DNA of 43,161 bases from the NCBI GenBank assembly GCA_964479715.1, contig CAYZSR010000001.1:3425-46585 (forward strand). The letters are read 5' to 3'. The translations under genes and the position numbers were made by a program. Numbering within the stretch: the first letter of the stretch is position 1; every line of letters begins with the position of its first letter. Positions 34,109-42,404 of the stretch are shown here, piece by piece. The notes under the pieces were generated by a model, which was not told the origin of the DNA, searched no databases, and saw only the letters and a program-made list of their open reading frames with translations. The DNA is from an uncultured Oscillospiraceae bacterium. Lineage in GTDB: Bacteria > Bacillota > Clostridia > Oscillospirales > Ruminococcaceae.

Positions 34109-35338
34109 TTGAAGTTTGACAAGAAAAGTGTTATTACCATCTCTTCCATAGTTGGCGGCGGTATTTTGTTTTACTGGGCGCTAACTAATTTTGACGTGGT
34201 GGGCAAGTTATTTACCACGCTGTGGGGGCTCGTGTTCCCCTTTGTGCTTGGTTTAATTATTGCCTTTTTACTAAACATACCCATGTGCGCCATTGAGAAT
34301 TTAATTTTTAAAGAGCGCCGCCCACGCTACCGGCGGGTGGTTAGCCTTGTTTTAACCATTTTAGCGGTGCTGCTTGTGTTGGCGCTGGTTATCGGCATTG
34401 TTATTCCACAGTTGGTAAACACCGTTTCAAAACTGGCAAAATCTATGCCGGAGTATTTAGAGCGCATGCAAAAGGCGCTAAAGCCCTACGCCGACAAATG
34501 GCCGGATTTGCAACAGTATTTTGACAAGATGGACATCAATTGGAAAGAGCTGTTTAACAAGCTGTTTTCATTTATCGGCTCCGGTGCCGGCAACGTGCTT
34601 TCTTCTACTATTAACGTTGCCACCTCTATTATAAGCGGCATTACCAGCCTTTCCATCGGCATTATTTTTGGTGTCTACCTGTTGCTGGATAAAGAGCACC
34701 TTTCCGCCCAGTTAAGCGGCTTGTTGCAAGCGTACATGCCTAAAAAGGCGTACGCCAAATTAACGGAGCTTGCCACGCTAACACACCACACCTTTTCCCG
34801 CTTTGTGGCGGGGCAATGCGCCGAGGCGGTGCTGCTTGGCGTTATGTTTATGATTGTGCTTACCATCGGCCGGTTTGACTATTCACTGCTTATCTCGGTC
34901 TTAATCGGCTTTATGGCACTTATTCCCATTTTGGGTGCCTTTATCGGCTGCATCATCGGCGCCTTTTTAATACTGGTGTCGTCCGGCTTCTGGCGCATGC
35001 TCGCCTTTATCATCATTTTTTTGCTGGTGCAATCGTTCGACGGCAACGTTACCTACCCGCGCATTGTCGGCTCGTCCATCGGGCTGCCGCCGGTGTGGGT
35101 GCTTGCTGCAGTTACCGTTGGCGGCAGTTTAATGGGCATCTTCGGCATGCTGTTTTTCATCCCGTTCACCAGCGTGGTTTACACGTTGGTGCGGCAAAAC
35201 TCACTGCAGCGGTTGGAGGAAAAGGACACCCCCTCTCCCGTTGACGCCTGGCGTGAAGAAAACCCGCCCAAGCCGAAACGGCAGTTTTTCAAGCGCTTCA
35301 GAAAGAAGAAAAAAGACAGCGACGACAACGATGCTTAA
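34109..35338 (+). CDS. AI-2E family (PerM/YhhT, UPF0118) transporter
   Basis: The protein has about eight TM segments, with the family-typical central soluble insert and LVQSFDGNVTYPRIVGSSIGLPPVWVL. The start is TTG, with GGGGG 8 nt upstream. The C-terminal tail is basic/acidic. Confidence 0.8.
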   Translation: MKFDKKSVITISSIVGGGILFYWALTNFDVVGKLFTTLWGLVFPFVLGLIIAFLLNIPMCAIENLIFKERRPRYRRVVSLVLTILAVLLVLALVIGIVIPQLVNTVSKLAKSMPEYLERMQKALKPYADKWPDLQQYFDKMDINWKELFNKLFSFIGSGAGNVLSSTINVATSIISGITSLSIGIIFGVYLLLDKEHLSAQLSGLLQAYMPKKAYAKLTELATLTHHTFSRFVAGQCAEAVLLGVMFMIVLTIGRFDYSLLISVLIGFMALIPILGAFIGCIIGAFLILVSSGFWRMLAFIIIFLLVQSFDGNVTYPRIVGSSIGLPPVWVLAAVTVGGSLMGIFGMLFFIPFTSVVYTLVRQNSLQRLEEKDTPSPVDAWREENPPKPKRQFFKRFRKKKKDSDDNDA

Positions 35339-35385
35339 AGCTTTGCCGTAAACGTCGCCAAATGAAATACTTAAAAATAACTATT

Positions 35386-35417
35386 AAAAACGCCGCGGCC
35401 TGTTGCCGCGGCGTTTT
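35386..35417. terminator. Bidirectional intrinsic terminator (AI-2E gene on plus, long operon on minus)
   Basis: aaaAACGCCGCGGC-ctgtt-GCCGCGGCGTTtt is a perfect 11 bp stem with flanking A and T runs. Confidence 0.9.
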
Positions 35418-35422
35418 GCTGT

Positions 35423-35791
35423 TTATTTTTGCGGAAGAATTTCAAGCCAGTGCCCGTCCGGGTCTTCAATAAAGTAAAGCCCCATCGCTTCATTTTCAAA
35501 AACAATGCAACCCATTTCGCCGTGTTTTTTGCGGGCGGCATCAAAATCTGCCACCTCAAAGGCGATGTGGATTTCGCTGTCTTCTAAATCGTAAGGCTCG
35601 GTGCGATCGGCAAGCCAGGTCCGCTCAATCTGCGTATCAGACACGCCGTCGCTTAGAAAGACAATTTTAAAGCTTTCATCTTCTGGCTGGATACGGCGCA
35701 CTTCCTGCAGATTCAGTGCCTCTTTATAAAACGTTAGGCTTTTGTTTAAGTCCATTACATTTAAGTTGGTGTGGGCTATTTTAAAAGTCAT
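35423..35791 (-). CDS. VOC-family protein (glyoxalase I / lactoylglutathione lyase-like)
   Basis: KIAHTNLNVMDLNKSLTFYKEALNLQEV...IHIAFEV...GLYFIEDPDGHWLEIL is the paired beta-alpha-beta-beta-beta pattern of glyoxalase I-type proteins. Confidence 0.8.
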   Translation of the reverse strand: MTFKIAHTNLNVMDLNKSLTFYKEALNLQEVRRIQPEDESFKIVFLSDGVSDTQIERTWLADRTEPYDLEDSEIHIAFEVADFDAARKKHGEMGCIVFENEAMGLYFIEDPDGHWLEILPQK

Positions 35792-35816
35792 ACTATCTCC
35801 TTTTGTTTATCCGCCG

Positions 35817-37097
35817 CTATTTCACAATTTGGCGGCACTCCATATAATATCTTTTTTCTTTTGCGTGCCCCATCGAAAAGGTTTTCTCCGGCAGTACCCC
35901 ACCCAGTGCAACCCCTTTGAAGAGTTCGCTTTTTTCAAGCTCGGGCAGTAAAATGCCAACGCCGTCGCTGCGGCATAAATCGCCAAGCGCCTTTTCGCCG
36001 TGAATGTAATCCACCTCGGTGCCGTCTTGCACTTTCAACAACCAATCGGCAAAGGATTGAATAAAGCCGACGGTGAGCGGCTCGTCACTGCCGGTAATGG
36101 ACAGGCGCTCTTTTTCGCCGCCGTGCAACAAAGTGAAAGATTGGGCGCCGTCACCCGTTTGAACGGTAACGCCGCGCTGGGCGGCAAATTCCGTTAAGCG
36201 CTCTTTAAGGCGGGCGGGTGTTATATTCATAATAAGGCGGTGTATCGGCTCAAACTCAATGGCGTCGCTGTGAATATTCTCAAGCTCAACAAGGCAAAAA
36301 CGCGCCGGGTGACTGCGCCGCTCGTCTTCAGAAAGCGCCTTTTTCACTTCATCCCAATGGGCTTTGGCGGTGGCAAGGCTGTGGTTGCCGTCACCCATGG
36401 CCATTTCAAAGGGTTTGGTGTTTTTGCCGCCATAAGCGGTTTGCTGCATCGCCTTGGCGGCGTAGCTTTCATAAGAGGCGGCTATCTGCCGCAGCGTTGC
36501 TTCGTCCTCAATCACCCAGCCCTCCAGCTTGCCGCCGCCCAGCATTAAATCAACGCTGTAGGTAGCGGGCGCGCTTTTCACCACGGCGGCCAGCGGCTCT
36601 ATCACACGGTGTTCGGCGTCGTCCAGCAGCATTAAGATGTGGGGGCTTTCAAGGCTGGCGTGGCGGCGTATCTTTTGGCGCGGCGGAATACGCTCTACCA
36701 CCGTGTCCTCGGTGGGGCGAATGCGTGGCGCGGCATCCGCCTCAAAGCTGTACGCCTCTAAATCAACACAGCCGACAAGCCCTTGGCGTATCTTGCCGTT
36801 TTCCAGCGTGCGCTCCACGTACACATAGCCAAAATACGCTTGCGTTAACACATTGCGGCGGTAGTCTTCCATCGTTTTGTTAATGGCGTCTATGCGGCGG
36901 TCAGCGTCGTTTTCAAGGTAGGCTTCCGGCAGCACCAAACGCAGCGTACTGGGGCTGTCACCAACCAGTTTTTCAACGTCTTGCCAATAGTTCGGCTGGC
37001 TTGTAAATTGGTCGCAGGCAATGACCGCCCACTTTTGATAGTCCGCCGATTGGCTGGGTAAAAGAAGGTGAGCCGGCTTGAAAATAGTGGTATGCAT
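35817..37097 (-). CDS. DUF1015-family protein (function unknown)
   Basis: The size is typical at 426 aa. The motif order is as I remember for DUF1015: YVYVE...G..RQGLVG.VDLE...IRPTEDT (compare HExT), DGNHSLATAKAHW (compare ADGHHR), EPIHRL (compare THR) and C-terminal LPEKTFSM...K.YY (compare mPxKSTyFxPK). Several of these positions are substituted, so the assignment is tentative. Confidence 0.5.
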   Translation of the reverse strand: MHTTIFKPAHLLLPSQSADYQKWAVIACDQFTSQPNYWQDVEKLVGDSPSTLRLVLPEAYLENDADRRIDAINKTMEDYRRNVLTQAYFGYVYVERTLENGKIRQGLVGCVDLEAYSFEADAAPRIRPTEDTVVERIPPRQKIRRHASLESPHILMLLDDAEHRVIEPLAAVVKSAPATYSVDLMLGGGKLEGWVIEDEATLRQIAASYESYAAKAMQQTAYGGKNTKPFEMAMGDGNHSLATAKAHWDEVKKALSEDERRSHPARFCLVELENIHSDAIEFEPIHRLIMNITPARLKERLTEFAAQRGVTVQTGDGAQSFTLLHGGEKERLSITGSDEPLTVGFIQSFADWLLKVQDGTEVDYIHGEKALGDLCRSDGVGILLPELEKSELFKGVALGGVLPEKTFSMGHAKEKRYYMECRQIVK

Positions 37098-37127
37098 TAT
37101 ATCTCCTTAAGGTGGGTGAAGTGTCTT

Positions 37128-37742
37128 TTAAATGGTTAGCATGTGCCCCGTTAAGCCGTAAATGGCCATGGCAACAATGCCTATGTAAAGCAGGTTTATC
37201 GGCAAACCGCGGAACGGCGCCGGTATTTTATCGGTGTTTAATTTGCGCTGGCCCTCTGTTAAAAACAGCGTGGCCAAACCATAACCAAGGCCGCTGCCAA
37301 CGGCAAAACCCATTGTTTGGGTAAAAGTGTAGCTTTGCGTCGACGTTATCAGCATTGGGCCGAGAACGGCCAAATTAAAGGTGGCAACGGGCAGCGCTTT
37401 TTCCAGATCTTCTTTGTTGGGCAGGCTAAACAGCCGTATCAACAAAACCACCACCGCAAAAGCGATAATGGCGCAGACGATAAAAATAAGAGGGCGAAAA
37501 TAATCGGCGTAGGCAAATTCCATCTCTGCCAGCAAGCGGTTGGAATAAAACGCCAGCGGCGCGCTGATAACCTGTATCAGCGTAAGCAGAGCGAAGAGTA
37601 TAACGCTGTCTACCACCGGGTCGTCCATCAGTTCAACTAGGCGGGAGACACCGAAGCCGCGGGTGAAAACAACGTTTTCAACAAAAATGGCGATGATGGC
37701 GTAAAGCAAAAAGTTTCCCAGGTTTTGAATAACACTACTCAT
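37128..37742 (-). CDS. RnfA/NqrE-like membrane protein (Rnf-Nqr family), divergent
   Basis: The C-terminal IPAPFRGLPINLLYIGIVAMAIYGLTG matches the RnfA VPAPFRG...G(F/L)SG end. LPVATFNLAVLG aligns with the canonical LPLITTNCAVLG. It has six TM segments. Its ATG overlaps the upstream gene by 8 nt. Confidence 0.7.
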   Translation of the reverse strand: MSSVIQNLGNFLLYAIIAIFVENVVFTRGFGVSRLVELMDDPVVDSVILFALLTLIQVISAPLAFYSNRLLAEMEFAYADYFRPLIFIVCAIIAFAVVVLLIRLFSLPNKEDLEKALPVATFNLAVLGPMLITSTQSYTFTQTMGFAVGSGLGYGLATLFLTEGQRKLNTDKIPAPFRGLPINLLYIGIVAMAIYGLTGHMLTI

Positions 37743-38391
37743 TTAACCGTTTCGCCTCCTCTTCAACACGGCGCCGGAACAGCGCCACGGCGCCCCGCCA
37801 TGCGGCGGCAAAAATGCCAAGCAATATAAAGCCGCCAACGGGCAGCGCCGCCATCGGCAGCAGCGACGTTCTAAACACTTCAATGCCGGCAAAGGTGCCG
37901 TAGGCAAGCAATTCACGCAGTGCCGCCATAAGCAGCAACACCACGGTGAAACCAATGGTGGTTATCATGCCTTTTTTGAAGGATGTGCTCAGCCGCTCTG
38001 ACAGCGGGCTGGCGTAACGTTTAATAATTAGCGGTTCCATCACCAGCAGCGGCAAATAAATGCCGACACCGAGCGCCCGCGTGCCGAAAACAAACTCCGT
38101 AAGGTACGCCACGCCGATGTAAACAATGCCGGCGGTTAACACATAGGTAACCGCCCGTGCTTTGATGCCGCCGATACGCTGGCCGATAAAGGTGGCTATC
38201 ATGCGGGTGGGTGTTAGCAACAACAGCACCGCAAAGGCAAGCACCAGCGCATTTTGCACCGTGCTGGCGGGAATAACAATGGGCGCCAAGCCGAGCCCCT
38301 GCATCACCACCGGGTTGTTAACAAAAATGCGGTCACGCCGGGTCATTAAATCCATATTTTGCTGTAAAAAGCGTACTCTGCTCTCTTTCAA
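37735..38391 (-). CDS. RnfE/NqrD-like membrane protein (Rnf-Nqr family), divergent
   Basis: FVNNPVVMQGLGLAPIVIPASTVQNAL aligns with the RnfE NNxxLVQxLGLCPxLAVTxxxxNAL. GIYLPLLVMEPLII aligns with GIFIPLIVTNCIVL. The start is TTG, preceded by AGGAGGTG, and overlaps the RnfD-like stop (TTGA). Confidence 0.7.
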   Translation of the reverse strand: MKESRVRFLQQNMDLMTRRDRIFVNNPVVMQGLGLAPIVIPASTVQNALVLAFAVLLLLTPTRMIATFIGQRIGGIKARAVTYVLTAGIVYIGVAYLTEFVFGTRALGVGIYLPLLVMEPLIIKRYASPLSERLSTSFKKGMITTIGFTVVLLLMAALRELLAYGTFAGIEVFRTSLLPMAALPVGGFILLGIFAAAWRGAVALFRRRVEEEAKRLNE

Positions 38392-39410
38392 AGGGGCTGC
38401 ACCTCCTTAGCCGGTCCGAAATAGTTGGTTATCGCGCGGTCAAAATAGCCGTAAAAAGCATTGACCAGTAAAATAGCAAAACAGATACTCAATTCGTAGG
38501 TGCCGAAGTAGCGGAACATCATGGCGGCAACACCGAGGAAGACACCGTACAGCGCCTGCGAGTATTTATGCTTCGGCAACGTTACCCAGTCGCTGATTAA
38601 AAAGACGCAGACAAAGAGCAGCCCGCCCGTCAGCAATTCAAACTTCACCACGTTCAGCCGCAGTAACATATCCCCCGGGAAGCTGCCCCAGCTGACGGCG
38701 GCATTGCGGGGGAAAAGAAAGCCGATAACGGCGGTAACGCCGATAAAGGAAAGCGGCGCCGTCAGCGAAAGGCGCTTTTTAACAACGAGGTAGGCGCCGC
38801 ACGCAATAATAACCAGCGCCGACGTAACGCCGATGGGCCCGGCGTAGTTGCCAAGCAGCAACCCCCATGTATCAATAGACGGCAGCGAGTGGGTGCGCAG
38901 TATGTAGGACGGTCCCTCCACCAGCGTAGCGTCTTTAAAACTCCATAGGTTAAAAAGGCTTTGCCAGTCTTGGTTGAGACTTAAAAACCAGTTGGTCGGC
39001 GCGGGAAAGCGCATCAGCTCGTCGGGCCATGAAATGGCGGCAACGCCGAAACCGACGGCGACGGGGTTAAAGGGGTAACTGTCGTACCCGCCAAAGGCTT
39101 CTTTGCCGATAAGCACCGCCAGCGCCACCGCTGCGACCACCACACGGTAGCGCACCGTTGCCGGAAACATCAGTACAATGAGAAAGGCAATCGCCACCGA
39201 TGAGTTTTCGGTTTTGTCGTAGGGGATACCTTTAAAGAGCGCCGCCACCCTGTCCGACAGGCGGGCGGTAAACCACGCCACCAGTTGGATAAGAAAAACA
39301 CGGGGCCCGTAAAAGAAAAACGCCATTAAGAAAAGCGGAATCGTCATCGCGATGATATCCCTATTAAAAGCGTTTGATTTTTGTAGCGTTAATGAACCAC
39401 TGTCTGCCAT
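38388..39410 (-). CDS. RnfD/NqrB-like membrane protein, divergent
   Basis: GKEAFGGYDSYPFNPVAVG (compare KQLFGGLGxNxFNPA), GNYAGPIGVTSALVIIACGAYLVVKK (compare GxxGGSIGETSALxxLxGGxYL) and FLISDWVTLPKHKYSQALYGV...ELSICFAILLVNAF (compare FMATDxVTSPxTxxGxxIxG...PEGVxFAILLMN) support the call. I set the start to ATG 39410 (AAAGGTGG 5 nt upstream); the ORF-track GTG lies inside that RBS. Confidence 0.7.
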   Translation of the reverse strand: MADSGSLTLQKSNAFNRDIIAMTIPLFLMAFFFYGPRVFLIQLVAWFTARLSDRVAALFKGIPYDKTENSSVAIAFLIVLMFPATVRYRVVVAAVALAVLIGKEAFGGYDSYPFNPVAVGFGVAAISWPDELMRFPAPTNWFLSLNQDWQSLFNLWSFKDATLVEGPSYILRTHSLPSIDTWGLLLGNYAGPIGVTSALVIIACGAYLVVKKRLSLTAPLSFIGVTAVIGFLFPRNAAVSWGSFPGDMLLRLNVVKFELLTGGLLFVCVFLISDWVTLPKHKYSQALYGVFLGVAAMMFRYFGTYELSICFAILLVNAFYGYFDRAITNYFGPAKEVQPL

Positions 39411-39424
39411 AATTGCCACCTTTG

Positions 39425-40078
39425 TTAGTTGTGTTGCAGCAACGCGTCCACCGCTTTGGCGGGGTTATCGCTGCCAAAAACGGCGCTGCCGGCTACCAAA
39501 ATATCGGCGCCGGCGTCAAGGCACAGCTTGGCCGTTTGCGGGTTGATGCCACCGTCTACTTGAATCTCTATGGTATGGTCTTGCGTGTCCGCCAGCCGGC
39601 GTATGGCGCGAATGCGCTCCGGCGCGTCGGGCATAAAGGTTTGCCCGCCAAAGCCCGGCTCAACACTCATCACTAGTATTTTATCCACCACGGCAAGGTA
39701 GGGCTTTAACGCGTCTGTCGGGGTGCCGGGCCGCAAGCTGACGCCCGCTTTGCAGCCCGCCGCGTGTATCTTGCGGCAGGTGGCGGCCACATCACTTTCC
39801 GATTCAACGTGCAGCGTGATGTAATCGGCCCCCGCCTCGGCAAAGGCGTTAACGTATCGGTCGGGGCGCACAATCATTAAGTGCACATCGTACACATGGT
39901 TCGGCAGCGCCTTTTTAAGGCTCTTCAAAACCGGTATGCCGATGGATATGTTGGGCACAAAAACCCCGTCCATCACATCAAAATGAAGCATGGGGTTTTC
40001 TTTGGAGGTGGCGCGCAGACAATCTTGTGCCAGGTTTGCAAAATCCGCCGCCAAAATAGAGGGCGCTACTTGTGCCAT
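39425..40078 (-). CDS. rpe: Ribulose-phosphate 3-epimerase
   Basis: VAPSILAADFANL...LHFDVMDGVFVPNISIG...HLMI...ITLHVE...VMSVEPGFGGQ.F...IQVDGGI is canonical. The start shares one base with the kinase stop (TAATG). Confidence 0.95.
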   Translation of the reverse strand: MAQVAPSILAADFANLAQDCLRATSKENPMLHFDVMDGVFVPNISIGIPVLKSLKKALPNHVYDVHLMIVRPDRYVNAFAEAGADYITLHVESESDVAATCRKIHAAGCKAGVSLRPGTPTDALKPYLAVVDKILVMSVEPGFGGQTFMPDAPERIRAIRRLADTQDHTIEIQVDGGINPQTAKLCLDAGADILVAGSAVFGSDNPAKAVDALLQHN

Positions 40079-41541
40079 TAGGTTCCTTTCTGTTCGCCGG
40101 GTGGTGGGGTGCTGTCCTTGCGGGGTGCCTTTTTGGTGGGCGCCGCGGGTAGCGTAAAGTTAAACTGCGTCCAGCTGCCTTTTTCACTTTCGCCCCAAAT
40201 GCGGCCGCCCATCAGTTTAACCAGCACTTTGCTGATGTGCAGCCCCAACCCCGAGCCGGACGCGTTAACGCCGCGGCTTTTGTCGGATTTGTAGAACCGC
40301 TCAAAAACCCGTGCCAGCTCTTGGTCGGACAGCCCGTCGCCGGTGTTGCGTATCGATACCGTTACGTAGTTCTTTTCAGATTTAACGCTGATGTCTATCG
40401 TGCCGCCGTCGTCGGTAAATTTAATGGCGTTGTCCAGCAGGTTGAAAAATATCTGGTGCACAAAGTCTTTGTCGCCCAGCGCCATCACCGGTGTGTCGGT
40501 GCGCATGCCGCGCACCTCAATGTGGTCGTTTTCAATGCGCTGCGCTGACGAGAGCACCACCGACGTTATCAGCTGCCACATATCAAAGGTAACCGTTTCG
40601 GGCACGTATTCGCCCGTTTCCAGTTTGGATATATCCAGCATATTAGAGGTAAGCCGCGCCAGGCGACCCACCTCTTCTGAAACGATGACGAGGTACTTGT
40701 CACGCTGGTCTTCGGGGATGGTGCCGTCCAGCATGCCGTCTATAAACCCTTTAATGGTTGTCATAGGGGTGCGCAGCTCGTGGGCGATGTTGCCCATAAA
40801 ACTGCGGCGGCTGGTGTCCGTTGCAACAAAGGAGTTGGCCATCTCATTAAAGGTAATAGCAAGCTGCGCCAATTCATCGTCGCCTTCCACCGGCACCCGC
40901 ACCGAATAATCGCCCTCGCCAAAGCGGCGGGCGGCAGCGTTCACGCGGGTAACGGGTATCACCACACGGTTGGTTAAACCAAACGCCAGCAAGCCGGACA
41001 CCATTAGCGAAATAAGGGCGGTAAGCAAAAAGCTAGACGCCAAATCTAGAAAATAAACCCGTAGGTTAGAGGCGTCTGAATAGGCGAAAATATAGCCCAT
41101 ATGCTCTTCTTGCGCCGTAATAAGCAGCTTGCCTTTGGTGAAGTTGCTGTGGCTGTAAAACCCGTCCATCTTGCTCATATCCACCACGGCGCCGCTGTCA
41201 TTGATTGATTGACGCACCGCGTCGGGCACCACGGTGCTGATGCCCACTTCATCGGGGGCGGTGCTGTAAATAACCAGCCCGTTCGGCTCGGTGATGTAGA
41301 CGTTGACGTCGGAAAAATCAACCATATACTGCACCGCTAAATCGGGCCCGCTGCCGGGGCGAATGTGCCCCGTGTAAACGCCCAGCGTAATGGTGTCCAT
41401 CACTTTATCAAGGGCCTCTTCTTTGTCGTTCTGCAGGTAGCTGAAGACCGAGAAAGTTTGCACCAGCCCCATCACCAGCACGCTGGCAAGCAGCACCGTA
41501 ACGATGGATGTAAAATAATAATACCGAATGGATTTACTCAT
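40078..41541 (-). CDS. Membrane sensor histidine kinase (2 TM, extracytoplasmic loop, HAMP, HisKA, HATPase_c)
   Basis: The H box is FMGNIAHELRTPMTTIKGF. N is FNLLDNAIKFT, G1 is RNTGDGL, F is VFERFYK and G2 is SGSGLGLHI. A HAMP-like RVNAAARRFGEGDY...LAITFNEMA follows the second TM segment. Confidence 0.9.
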   Translation of the reverse strand: MSKSIRYYYFTSIVTVLLASVLVMGLVQTFSVFSYLQNDKEEALDKVMDTITLGVYTGHIRPGSGPDLAVQYMVDFSDVNVYITEPNGLVIYSTAPDEVGISTVVPDAVRQSINDSGAVVDMSKMDGFYSHSNFTKGKLLITAQEEHMGYIFAYSDASNLRVYFLDLASSFLLTALISLMVSGLLAFGLTNRVVIPVTRVNAAARRFGEGDYSVRVPVEGDDELAQLAITFNEMANSFVATDTSRRSFMGNIAHELRTPMTTIKGFIDGMLDGTIPEDQRDKYLVIVSEEVGRLARLTSNMLDISKLETGEYVPETVTFDMWQLITSVVLSSAQRIENDHIEVRGMRTDTPVMALGDKDFVHQIFFNLLDNAIKFTDDGGTIDISVKSEKNYVTVSIRNTGDGLSDQELARVFERFYKSDKSRGVNASGSGLGLHISKVLVKLMGGRIWGESEKGSWTQFNFTLPAAPTKKAPRKDSTPPPGEQKGT

Positions 41542-41559
41542 CTTTACCGCCGTGCAGGC

Positions 41560-42258
41560 TTACTCCTTCACTTCAAATTTGTACCCCACGCCCCACACCG
41601 TTTTAAGGTTCCATTCCGGGCTTGCGTCTTCCAATTTTTCACGCAGCCGTTTGATGTGTACGTCGATTGTTCGAGAGTCTCCATAGTACTCAAAACCCCA
41701 TACTTCGTCAAGCAATTGGTCGCGGGTGAAAACACGCCCGGGGTGGCTTGCCAAAAAGAATAAAAGCTCCATCTCTTTGGGCGGCGCCTCCACCGTTTCG
41801 CCCTTTACCTTTAGCTCGTATTTAGACAAATCAAGGGATAGGTTGTCATAGCTGATGCGCTCATCGTCCAGCGCGTCGTCTTTGCTGGCAATGGTGGAGC
41901 GGCGCAGCACCGCTTTGATGCGCGCCACCACCTCTTTGGCGTCAAAGGGTTTTACAATGTAATCGTCGGCACCAAGCTCCAGCCCCAGCACCTTGTCAAA
42001 GGTTTCCCCTTTGGCGGTTAGCATAATAATAGGCACATCGCTAATGGCGCGTATTTTACGGCAGGTGTCCCACCCGTCCATCTTGGGCATCATAATATCC
42101 AGCAGCACCAAATCGGGCTGCCATTGCTCAAAAATAACAAAGGCGGCTTCGCCGTCGTACGCCAGCCGTGTTTCATAGCCTTCCTTTTCAAGGTAAAGGC
42201 GCAGCAATTCGCATATGTTTTTATCATCATCAACGATAAGTATCTTGTTGGTTGCCAT
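41560..42258 (-). CDS. OmpR/PhoB-family response regulator (WalR/YycF-like)
   Basis: The receiver domain reads ILIVDDD...DLVLLDIMMPKMDG...IIMLTAK...GADDYIVKPF. The C-terminal winged helix reads LSKYELKVKGETVEAPPKEMELLFFLASHPGRVFTRDQLLDEVWG...RTIDVHIKRLREKL...LKTVWGVGYKF. Confidence 0.93.
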   Translation of the reverse strand: MATNKILIVDDDKNICELLRLYLEKEGYETRLAYDGEAAFVIFEQWQPDLVLLDIMMPKMDGWDTCRKIRAISDVPIIMLTAKGETFDKVLGLELGADDYIVKPFDAKEVVARIKAVLRRSTIASKDDALDDERISYDNLSLDLSKYELKVKGETVEAPPKEMELLFFLASHPGRVFTRDQLLDEVWGFEYYGDSRTIDVHIKRLREKLEDASPEWNLKTVWGVGYKFEVKE

Positions 42259-42341
42259 TTAATCCATCCTTCCGAATTATAAGGGCTTAAAGTCACTTGC
42301 TCTTATTATACCATTGCTGGCTAATAAATGAACCCCCGTTG

Positions 42342-42370
42342 TTGAAAGCAAGCTCTTTTTCCGTTATACT
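42342..42370 (+). promoter_or_regulatory. Sigma-A-type promoter of ychF
   Basis: TTGAAA (42342-42347), a 17 nt spacer, then TATACT (42365-42370), about 35 nt upstream of the ATG. Confidence 0.6.
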
Positions 42371-42404
42371 GTTTGCACACTAAAAAAGATAAGGAAGCGA
42401 TTTT

